DNA of 64,000 nucleotides from Eledone cirrhosa (lineage: Eukaryota): NCBI GenBank assembly GCA_964016885.1, contig OZ024743.1, forward strand, positions 32,488,001 through 32,552,000. The letters are read 5' to 3'. A program made the translations under genes and the position numbers. Position 1 is the stretch's first letter. Each line of letters starts with the position of its first letter. Under the pieces are notes generated by a model. The model searched no databases. It was not told the DNA's origin and saw only the letters and a program-made list of their open reading frames with translations. Below, piece after piece: positions 52,698 through 64,000 of this stretch.

Positions 52698-52970
52698 TCA
52701 TCATCATCATCATTTTTTTTACGTCCACTTTCCTTGCTTGCAAGGGTGGGATGGGAACTGATTCTGGCTTGATTTCTACAGCTGGATGCCCTTCCTAACA
52801 CCAACCTCATTTACAGTGAGTGCTGGGTGCTTTTTTTTGCCATCGCACCTACATGTCCATTTTACAGTGGAATGATAGGCACCGCAGTCCCTATCATCTC
52901 ATTTCTACAGCTGAGTAAACTGGAGCAATGTGAAATAAAGTGTCTTGTTCAAGGAAACAACACATCACCC
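52698..52970 (-). mobile_element. SINE family 2 copy (5'-truncated)
   Basis: Reverse complement of 30960-31228. Confidence 0.8.
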
Positions 52971-53034
52971 TATATATTTATTTATTTTTATTTCCAGCTT
53001 ATAGGATGTGTAGTCAATTTGACTGCATGTATTC

Positions 53035-53380
53035 ATCATCATTATAATCATCAGTTTTACATCTACTTTTCCATGTTTGATTGGGTTGGACAGGTTATCT
53101 CCACCAGTAGTGTTTCTTTGTTGTCACTTCTGAGACCAGTTCTCACAATTTCTGCCCAAGTCTTCCTTTTTAATGGCTATATTTTACTTGGAACTCCTGG
53201 AACTTCATTCAATGATCATCATCCATATATATCATGTGCCTGTACCAGTTCAGTCTTGCACGCAACATCTGATTCTTCGTATGCCCAGTTTTTCCTTCAA
53301 CTCTTTTGTGTATCTGCATTCATTTGCATTAAAGACAGCATGCTTGCCTCATTTCTATCTAGCTTTCATCTATCTTCCTC
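53035..53380 (-). mobile_element. Degraded RTE LINE 3' fragment
   Basis: Minus strand LDRNEASML...CVQD*TGTG; catggaaaagtagatgtaaa tail. Confidence 0.6.
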
Positions 53381-54193
53381 GTGTGTAATTTGGATAATTT
53401 TCATTTTTGTATTTCATTGAGTGGAGGATTGGCAGTATCGGTAGAGTGTCAGGCAACATGCCTCATGGCATAGAGTTACAGCCCTTTACGTTCTGATTTC
53501 AAACCCCGCCAAGGTTAGCTTTGCCTTTAATCCTAACAGAATCGATAAAATGAAGTACCAGTCAATTTAATCAACTTTCCTTCTCTCCAAATTGTTGGCC
53601 TTCTGCCTAAATCAGAAGCCATTATTATTATTTTTTTTTGTCTTGTTGAAAATTACATTTCACATTATTTAATTTACATTTCATACTTACAGAAAAATAA
53701 ATGAAAACTTCTAATTTACCTTTCTGTGTGAATATAGAATAGAATCAGATCTTTTGTATGGAAATTAGCTAGAACAGTTTAGGGTGTCATTAAACCTATC
53801 ATCTTTGGCAATGTATTAACAAATAAATTATCTTAGTTCTAATATAAGATAAGCATATACATATGCATACCCATCCTCCACCACTGCTAATTAAATCACA
53901 TAGGTAACAAAAAGTCAACAAATTCTAGGGAGAGTCCTAGGCAATTGAGGCAATCTATTTCACATGTTCTCTTATAGTTTGCTTCTACTGTGCATCTACT
54001 GCATATCTTCTCCATCAACCTACTTGCAATCCAACTATATCTTTTGTGCATCCATAGATCATAAATTCCACAGTGCAACTTATGGAATTTATATATATAT
54101 ATATATATATATATAAACGAAGGAAATGTGGTAAGGAACCAGATGAACCATAACGCACCAAAGTACTCAATACTTAGGGTAGTAGAGTGGGTA

Positions 54194-54284
54194 ATAGGAA
54201 CAAGTATGACCCCAACAGCAGAGCTCAAGCCGTTTCGACTTCGAAACGGCTTGAGCTCTGCTGTTGGGGTCATACTTGTTCCTA

Positions 54285-54285
<1 letters not shown>
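54194..54285. repeat. Perfect 45-bp-arm palindrome with a 2-nt spacer
   Basis: 54194-54238 is the exact reverse complement of 54241-54285. Confidence 0.95.
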
Positions 54286-54335
<50 letters not shown>

Positions 54336-54377
54336 TAAGGATAAAGGATGGATATATGATTACTATTATTATTATTA

Positions 54378-54920
54378 TAGAGTTCAAATCCCGCCGAGGT
54401 TAACTTTGCCTTTCATCCATACGGGGTCGATAAAATAAAGTACCAGTAATGTACTGGGTAATTGCTGGCCTTGTGTCAAAAGTAGAAACAATTATTATTA
54501 TTATATATACATATATAATTGTTTCTACTTTTGGCACAAGGCCAGCAATTATCCCGGTACATTATTGATACTTTTTTTTATCAGCCCCGTAAGGATGAAA
54601 GGCAGAGTTAATCTTGGCAGGATTTGAACTCACACTGTAAAGGGACGTAACTCTATGCTGGAAAGCATGGTGTCCAACACTCTAGCAATACTGCCATAAT
54701 AATAATTGTTTCCACTCTAGGCACAAGGGCAACAATTTGTAGCGGAGGGGAAAGTCGATTAAATTGACCTCAGTACATACTGGTGCTTATTTTATCAACC
54801 CCGTAAGAATAAAAGGCAAAGCTAACCTCGGCAGGATTTGAACTCAGAACGTAAAGAGCCATAACACTATGCCACAAAGTATGGTGTCTGGCACTCTATA
54901 AATACTGCCAATCCACCGTC
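54378..54920. mobile_element. SINE cluster: plus copy 54378-54500, minus copies 54515-54696 and 54700-54920
   Basis: Family 1 core in opposite orientations, tail-to-tail. Confidence 0.82.
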
Positions 54921-57900
54921 CTTTATAATAATAATAATAATAATATATCCATTTGTCTGTGCTAGTATAGGCTGAACAGGTCATTACAGACCAAATCAAA
55001 CAAATAAGGAACAACACAAGTTGTATACATGAAAATAACAATTCTTAAACACATACACTCCGTAAAGTGGTTGGTGGTAGGCAGGGCATCTAGCCATAGA
55101 AATCCTGCCAGACAAATGGTCAGCTGTACCAAAGACATGACAACTTCCCTAGTGCTGACATGAGAAACTGCATTGAGAGTCTGAAGACTTTTATTTGTAA
55201 GTGTGATGAGCACCTAGTATTGTGTGGGAATGAGACAGGCCCCAGGCCCTTCTGAGAGGTCAAAAGCTTTGTTTGACTATTGACTTGGTCTACACTGACC
55301 CATCCAAAATATGCTAGCTGGGAAAAACAAACATTGATGATGATGATGGTACTATGTAGTATGTATACATGAAAACATTTGAAGTAAAATACGCAGGGCT
55401 GTATTAACCTTTAATCAAAATAAGCACATGCTTAGGGTATCAAGGGAAGAGAGGCACCATTTTATTCAAATTAAATGTATTTGTTATTCAAAAAAATAAC
55501 ATTTGGGGGGGGGGGGGGGGGCTTTATTTGGTTGGGGGCACCATAATCTTTTTAGTACTTAAGGCCTCAAAAGGACTTAATCCAATATTGGAAATATATA
55601 ATTGGAATAAATAAATATCATAATATCATAGGTTCTAACCACAAGAAAGGGTTGATTGCTATATGAGAGGTGATGCATTAGGAGTACTAGTTTGTCAACA
55701 TCTACTTGATAGATGAGGAGTTAACAAAGTTGTTTGATGCTTTCTGTGCACCACAGTTCAGTGTAGTAACTGAACTTATGAACTCCTTTGGTAAATTTTG
55801 TTATATTTTGTTTCTGTTTAGATCACTCTCAACAAAAATCTTATAGATCTTCTTAATATTTTTGCAGTCAATGGATATTCCATATCAATTTCTAGCGCTG
55901 CAGCTCACTCTTATTATAACAGCATCAGCTCCTCATTATCTAAATGTCATCTATGTGACGCTAACAATTTATTCACATCATCTTATATGACTTCGTCAAA
56001 CCTTACGTCATATGCCAGTATTACAATTTCTTCTCAAATTTCTGTAGAATTTCTGCTGATGGAAAACTTGAAAAGTCATAGATACAGACTAGTCATATGT
56101 TTACCCTAACACCATTTATAGCTGAGAGTTTCACTTCATTCTATGATATCTACACCATCCATAATATTGAACCATTTCCAGATATCTTTATGGTTTTATT
56201 CTCTCCAACAATTTGTTATATGGATTTTTTTTGATCTTCTCAGATAATATGACTTAAAATTAGCTATCCTATGTTAATTCATTGAGTAGAACAAAATAGC
56301 TGTGTTCTACTCTCACATTATCAGATCATCTAAGTTCACTGGCTGGCTTAGTGCATTATTGAAAAGGGGCAATAGATTTTTTAAAATATTATACCTAATA
56401 ATGTACCTTTCTACACCAGGGTAAAATAAAGTTTATAAACCAGTGCTCAAAAAGGCTCTTAGATATTAGATACCTCCATATTGGAACAGCAAATCACAGT
56501 TAAATTAGACTGAGCATAGCCCTTAAAAGTACATGTATTTTCAAAGTAATACATGAGCAAAGATTTTAATTTAATATCATTGGCAGCATTTCCTTTCAGA
56601 AGAAGGATCAGACAAGTTTGGTAGGCATTAAAGCTTGGTGTTGGTTTCTCTTCATGAGAAATAAATATCTTAGCAGGTATGCAGTTCCAGAAAGCTCAGT
56701 TTTATGAATGTTGCATATATTTTTTGATGTGTAGTCTCTTTCAGCAACCATTTTCCTGATTCTGTATCAGCACTGACAGTTTCACTAGCCATTTTAACCC
56801 TTTTATTACCGTATTTCTAATTAAATACTCTATATTTCAATTAATTAATGAATATTTTGTAGTGGTTTACTAAAATTATTTTTTATATACTAAGAGATAG
56901 TAACTTAATATATGGTTATTATATAGTTATACTGGAAGATTTTAATTTAAATAGGAACATTTTAAACAGAGATGGGTTTGGGCAGGTTAGTAACAAAAGG
57001 GATGGTGTAACATTTAAAAAATTCTTTAATCAGTCTTTTCTAGCCAGAAAAAGCTTTTGCTTTAGAAGTTTCATTTTTGTTTTCCTAGAAATCGTCAAAC
57101 ACCTTTTATTAGTGTGAAGAAATGGTGCATTTCTCTTGACCGTTCAAATACATTCTGGCCAAGTGAGACTGATGCAAGTAATGTTTAGTTTGAACATCTG
57201 CAAAGCAATCACAAGGAAGGATGAAAATTATATAGAATTGTTGTTCTGGTATAAGAAAAATTGGGAAGTATTTGCCAAAGATGATAAATGAATAAGCATG
57301 TGCATCAGGTTGTTTTGAGCAAAGGGGGTATGCAGCTTGTTAGTTTGGATAATAGATATCATTATAATAGCAGAAGAGATAGTGAGAAAGAACAGCGCAT
57401 CAGTGGAAGAGAGTTTGTACTACATTGGATAATTATACTTTGCCAATCGGTTGGATAGCCTTCTGGTGGTCTTAGCTATTTAAATGTGTGTGTATGTATG
57501 TATATGCTAGCATGGAAAATGGATGTTAAATGATGATGATGTATGTATGTATGCAACTTCATTTGCATCCAATGATGTAGACCAGTTCTTCTTTTGGGGC
57601 AAATACATTCGATATTCAGAGAGTGGGATTGGCCTCTTGCAAAGCTTTTCCTCGCTTAAAAAAGCTTCACGCACAGGCATCGCTTGATATGTGACATTTT
57701 TTGTGATGCATTGTATTGCTGGCCATAGGCAAGTCCCTAGCAGGACTAAAAAAGCCACGTCCGTGATGCTCATGCTTAAGTATCAAGTGATAACATTACT
57801 CGCAATCGAGTTGCAGCCATTATGTATGTATATTTTTATGTAGCTACCAATATATGTGATGTATTCATCAGATATCACCTTCTATCAACAGGTTCAATAT

Positions 57901-60517
57901 CATGGGTCCTAATCTCAGTTTCTTACACTGTCCTATATAAAATTCTTGGTTTTTCCATTCCACTCCATTTTTCTTTCTAGTCATAGAATTAAAGAAATTA
58001 TCCATAGACTCTGTGTATGAAAGATGACCAAATATTTAAGGAGTTCACTTCATAATCATTAGATCCCAGGTTTGATCCCACTGTATGGTATCTTAGGCAA
58101 ATATCATTAACTATAACCTCAGTAAACCCATGGCTTGTAAATTAAATTGGGTTGATGGAAACTGTTTGGTAGCTTGTTGGATGGACAGTACATGTGGTTC
58201 AAAGGGCCAGACTTGTCATACATTATACCTGTGAAATGCTTAGCTACTTACACCATATCTTCATGTGCTAGATGTCTCGTTGATTGAACAACTAGACCCC
58301 TCATTGTCAAAATCAATGGAGTTCTATTCCAAGAGACTTTATGAAGCATTTTGTTCTAAGTAATTGGCCAAAATATGTTAGTTTTCTCTTTCCATTGGTA
58401 TCTGATAAGATGTTCTTAGTTGTCATTTTTAGTGCTGCGCCATTAGTTTTGTGTTCTGTTCATATGCTCAACAGTCTTCTATATGTCCATATCATGAAAG
58501 CTTCATAATACTTTTGTTTCGTCCATGTTTCAGTTCCGTATAGTAATTGCTAGACTGTGTTGGTGACTACTAAATTGTTTCTTTAACAAAATTGAATCAG
58601 TTGGTCACCTCATTGATTTTTTTTTTCAGCCTAATCAGTATAACACATCAATATTATATTACTGATGTGTTATACTGTCACTGTTTCCACTGATGACTTT
58701 TGCATTAAAAACTGTCATTATAATTAAGTTTGATGATAAAATTCTTTCTCTTCACTTTTTTCTTGTGTAGGAACATATACTTGATGTTGATATTGAAAGG
58801 TTTTCCTTGTAGTTTCATCTTTATCACACTATCCAAATTTGTCCATTGTCTAATTAGTTATTTTCATTATTATTTCCACTCCTTTTCTGTCCCTTTCTAT
58901 CAGAATACAACATTGTGTGATTTTTTTTTTTTATTTAGTTTTAGATATTCCCCTGATGTCAATATTCATTTTATCTGTTTCCTGTATAAAATTGTCACAT
59001 TTTTCTGGTTGATATAATGCTCTTGTAATATCCTTAAATTTAAGATCTTGTCCCTAGCTTTCAGAGCAGCACCATTATTCAGTAACCTTCCATTAGAGTT
59101 TGGATTGCAATCATCATGAGCTGTTTTACTCACTGAATAATAAATCTCTACTTTCCTGTAATTAGTATCTGGATCAGCTGCTGAGAGTTCATTACTTTCT
59201 CATTACTTTTCATTTCTATTCATGGTCAACTAATGGTATGTGCACAATGAGGCTACAGTTCTTTCTACAGTAGCTAGTCACCGGTCTTTTTATGCTCAGG
59301 AGTACTCTAGATGTGTAACACATCTTGCTATCATATCTTCACAGCTTTTGGCCTTTAATTTGCTTCATCTATCTCTTCTACCATATTAATCATTGTTCTG
59401 TATACAATAATCTTTTCACAACTACTGATACCCTTTATTTAGCTTAACTTGCCAGCAAAAGTCTAGTTTGCTCATTGGGTGGGCACTATCCATGTTTTAA
59501 AGCAATAAACAAGAATTGTGTAGTTGTGAGAGCCCAGTTCTCCTATCCATATCCGTTTTGACTTAAGATGTGAGAAATGATGACAGGGTAACAAAGGTAT
59601 TACTATTCTAAAGCCTACAGTATAAATCACCAGTAATGTGAAGTATATTTTAATGTTAGTTATACCTGTGTTTTGTAGAGTGTAACTGCTCAGAGATTAA
59701 ATATTGTCTGGCCTTGATGGGGTATCCTAGTCTATGTGATACAATCTTGATATTGCTGCATGTCTGTAGTAAATTTGTGCTTTTTTTTATGCTTTGCTTC
59801 TCTGAAAATTTGCAGATTGTGCACCCAGACATGAAAGTGCTGTTCATTTATTTCTGTTTTTATTGGTAAGTTTAGACTGCAAAGTGTTTACTTCATCTTG
59901 GTTCAGGGACACGATAATTTCTTCAAGGTTCAACCAACCCTTCAATTGATGCCTTTAATAGGCCTTTAGTGGATCTTTTAATGTATTCCAAGGAATATAG
60001 GGTGATAGATCTTAAGTATGACTTGCTGGGTATAAGGCTGAACAAAAGTCAATGATGCATTTGTGGTCAGTTAGCTTCTCATATGAGGAAAGAGTGAACT
60101 ACAACATTTAAAAAAAAATATGTGTAATGCTTATGTCTCAATGATTGAAATATATTTTGGAAGTCTCTGTTCATTTTCATGAAGACAGTGTTAATCTGAT
60201 ATAAAAGGACAGTTGAGTGCGGAAGGCTATAGAGAAATGAAGATGGATATCATTTGCACAGGACTGCATGTAATCAGGAGTTTTAGAAAGAAATCAGTTA
60301 ATGTGCAGAAGGAATAGTGTGGAGGGCATAACTAAATCATTTGTACACCAAAGTTAATATATTAGTAGTAATATATTAATATGTTAGTAGTAGCCTGACC
60401 ACTGCATACTACAAGGAGTTATAAAATGATAGGTATGCAACTAAGTTATGAAGTACTCTTGCCAGACATGTTTGAGACTTTTGATGATGTCAAGGTAACA
60501 ATGTTGCTTCTCTTGAC

Positions 60518-62010
60518 ATCATCATCATCATCATCATCATTTTACGTCCGCTTTTCCCTGCTTGCAAGGGTGGGACGGGTCTTATTCAGCACAGCATCTC
60601 TCCACTCGTCACGGTCCCTCGTCATCTCCACCGTGAGCTTCAATGATCTGAGGTCTGTTCTCACCACCTCCGCCCATGTTTTTCGTGGTCTACCTCTACC
60701 TCTTCAACTGGCATTTCCTGGCACTTCTTCACCCATCGGTCATCCTCCATGCGCATCACATGTCCATACCACCTCAGTCTCCTCTCCCGTACACTGCATT
60801 CTATCCCTCTCAGACACAGTTTCTCTCTCAACACATTTATGCTGGGTCGTTCACGCACATTTACACTGCACATCCAATGGAGCATGCTTGCCTCATTTTT
60901 CTCCAGCCGTCGCATATCCTCTGCGGTTGCTGCCCATGTCTCACTACCATGCAGCATCGCGCTCCTCACACAGGCATCATACAACCGGCCTTTCGTACGC
61001 AGGGAGAAACCCTTCTTCGTCAACAGAGGAAGCAGCTCCCTAAACTTCTTCCAACCCGTCCTTATTCTAGATACTATGGCCTCGGAACACCCTCCTCCCA
61101 TGCTAATCTGATCTCCCAGGTACCGGAAGCTATCCACCACTTCTATAGCGCCCTCTCGCATTTGAAAAATGTGTCTATCAGTGCGACTTCTACTGTCTAA
61201 TTTCCCTGTACATCTACTGCATACATATTTCTCCCTACCTGTTAGTTTGCCTGCTATCCCGCTACATCTCTTGTGTACCCAGGACCTGCATTGTGTGCAT
61301 TTTATAGAATTTATGCCAGTTCCTTTTCTGCATATCGAACATGGCCATTTCCCTGACGGAATCAGGGTTTTGTCCTCTTTTCTACTCATCAACACTTTTG
61401 TCTTAGCTAGATTTACTCTCAGTCCTCTTGCTTCAAACTGCCGTTTCCATAGCCGGAATTTATTCTCTAGCTCCTCTACTGATTCTGCTATCAGAGCCAG
61501 ATCATCAGCATAGAGAAGTTCCCATGGACAGCCAGTCTTAAACTCCTCTGTTATGGCATGGAGGACTATAATGAACAAGAGCGGGCTGAGGACCGAACCC
61601 TGATGTACTCCTACTTGTATCTGGAATTCCTCACTAAACTCCATTCCTACCCTGACTTTACTGAGAGTACCTCTGTACAAAGTTTGCACTGTCCTCACAA
61701 GCCATTCCTCAACACCTAGCTTCCTTAGGGACCACCAGATGACAGATCGGGGTACCCTATCAAAGGCCTTCTCTAGGTCAACAAAGGCTAAGTATAGTGG
61801 CTTATTCTTCTCTAAGAACCTCTCTTGCATTTGTCTCACCAAGAAGAGGGCATCTGTTGTACTCTTCCCAGGCACAAAACCAAACTGCATCTCATCTAGT
61901 TTGACCCTTTCTCTAATTAGTTGTGCTAAAATCCTTTCTGCCACTTTCATAACCTGATCTATCAGTTTTATACCTCTATAATTGCTCCTCTCCAAAGCAT
62001 CCCCTTTACC
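60518..62010 (-). mobile_element. 5'-truncated RTE LINE with PHD, short 3' UTR subfamily
   Basis: Track ORF 60661-62103 from GKGDALERSNY onward (YADD, FRYLG); frameshift near C-terminus; (GAT)n tail; possible short TSD tgac. Confidence 0.94.
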
Positions 62011-63659
62011 TGACGTTCTTAATAATAAGCCATTAGAACACAAGTCTCTGATATTCTGATATATTTGGTTCAACATAAACACTATTAGATCACTTCTATG
62101 CATTGCGAAACTTATGTTAGAGAGCCTCTCCTAAAATCCAGGAGGAAATGCATTGGATGTGACCTTGTTCAGGGTCTCTAAAGCTGGTGTGAAGGAAAGA
62201 GGAAGGCATCCTCAAACTCAAAACCCGGCCTGATTGCTTGCAACACAGTGAACTCTACTAAAGGCATCTAAGAGACAAGTAGTCTGTTGACCCACCATCC
62301 TTTCAGTTTTTAAATAATACATCAACTTCTGAGTACTCTCACTATGATAAAATTTGAGCCATGTAATAGTGAGATATCTATTTACTGTTAGTGGAAAGGG
62401 CCATTGATGATTGGACAAATTTAGATTCGATGACCATTTATATAACTGATAATTGTTAAGCTAATTGTCTACTACTTAACTCAATCATTTTAAAGCATAT
62501 ACTATCATGTATATATTTAATAAACATAAATTAATTTTGATATTCATTCAATTACAGTATTCAAAGCTGCATAAAAATTTACATTTAGAATTTATTTCTT
62601 CATGTAAAATGTTTTGTTGCACTGTTTGCAATCTGGTCATTGTTATGGTTCCACTATGACATCAAGAGATTAATAATGCATGTAAAATAAATTTAACAGT
62701 TTTTGTGTATTTTTTGAATGGCCAAAATGACTCTTCTATGGTGTAATCGCTTTAATTTCAATACAAGTACAACTTCTTAATATTAACTGTTATCTACGAG
62801 ATAGGTGGAATGGTACAAATGGTGGAATAGGTGTATGCTGTATAAAAAGAGACATAAGTATAGTGCTAATTGTTTCCATATTTCAGATTTAAATCTCTGG
62901 CAGGTGAATTTCATGAAATCTTATCAAACAAAGAATGATTAAATAGTATTTCCTTTCCAATACCAACACAACATTTCTCCTACTCTGCCACCATAATCTA
63001 ATACTGCATTACCATGTTGACAGAATAACACTAATCATTATTATTTTTGTTCAGCTTTTCATTTTTGTTTTTTGTTTTGTTACCAGTTTCCAATTTTAGC
63101 AACAAAATAATGCTGAACCATTGAAATTTCCCATGATATTTCTGTAAATCATGACAAATTTACAGAATTTTTTTTTAACCAATAATTATTCAATGTATCT
63201 TCTAGTTTTAAATCTTGACATATTACATTAATACAGAATGCTTGCTGGGTAAAATTGCTCCAGTTTTTATGTCTATGTTATTGACAATTTCTGACAATTT
63301 GTTTTTTTTTTTTTCCTTCAGTAAAACTAAGTTATTTGTTAACATTCAAGAATCATATTTTCTTGTTCGTTTATTCCATTGGCTTTTAAGTCTTAAAAAC
63401 ACTACATTATCAATGCTGTTAGAATGACATTTCTATCAGTACAGAAATAAATAGATGAGAAACTTCAATGAATGGTTTTGAAATAAGAATAACAACAACA
63501 ACAATAATAATGATGAAGATCTCTTACATGGTGATTAATAGTCTCAATGATACTACTACTACTAATAATAATTTCTTTCATTAGTACAAGGTCACAGAGT
63601 AATTGAGTAGCAATTATTCTATTGATACCAGAGATTTCAAAGGAAATGTTATAAATATA

Positions 63660-63758
63660 CAGAGTGTCCCCCAAAAATGTATGCACATGTCAACAGCATT
63701 CTAATGAATATTGCCTGTACTGGTAATCAAAGTGTGTATACATTTTTGGGACACCCTG
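63660..63758. mobile_element. Tc1/mariner-type MITE (~100 bp)
   Basis: TIR CAG(A/G)GTGTCCC..AAAAATGTAT.CAC flanked by TA on both sides. Confidence 0.8.
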
Positions 63759-64000
63759 TATATCATCATCATCGTTTAACATCCATTTTCCATGCTAGCA
63801 TCGATTAGACTGGTTGTCCAATTTGAGGTAAATTTGGGTCAGGTGACCGTGTCTTACTTGTATAGGACTGTTTCTGGCTAGGTTTCTATGGCTGGATGCC
63901 CTTCCTAATACCATATATATATATATATATATATAGGAAAAGAGTCAGGACCCCAACGGTTGAGCTCCGGCCATTTCTACAGCGAGATCCGAACAGTCAT

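Noticed and set aside
62011-62103. N-terminus of the 480-aa ORF as a host-LINE fusion
   Set aside because: Chance open frame in flanking DNA upstream of the LINE 5' truncation

Overview
AT-rich, repeat-dense animal genomic DNA. The SINE and RTE LINE repertoire resembles that of octopod cephalopods (inference from family resemblance). No prokaryotic genes, rRNA/tRNA genes or CRISPR arrays are seen. The long ORFs in the track are retroelement-derived, and most short ones are simple-repeat or chance ORFs. By reading splice signals I reconstructed six GT-AG coding exons of an unrecognised minus-strand host gene (42663 to 12924); four of five junctions join in phase at canonical sites and one is unresolved. 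A divergent plus-strand transcription unit probably starts near 46 kb. Mobile content: RTE LINEs with a PHD finger inside the RT region, a (TAA)n-inserted R4/Dong-like REL element, CRE-like, CR1-like and Expander-like fragments, two abundant tRNA-like SINE families, hAT/Tc1/piggyBac-like MITEs, and a miniature LTR element (TRIM-like). Minimal type I hammerhead ribozyme motifs of Penelope type also occur, including an inverted pair, plus a 2.5 kb (GGTT)n-derived satellite with higher-order duplication. Boundaries of degraded repeats are approximate.
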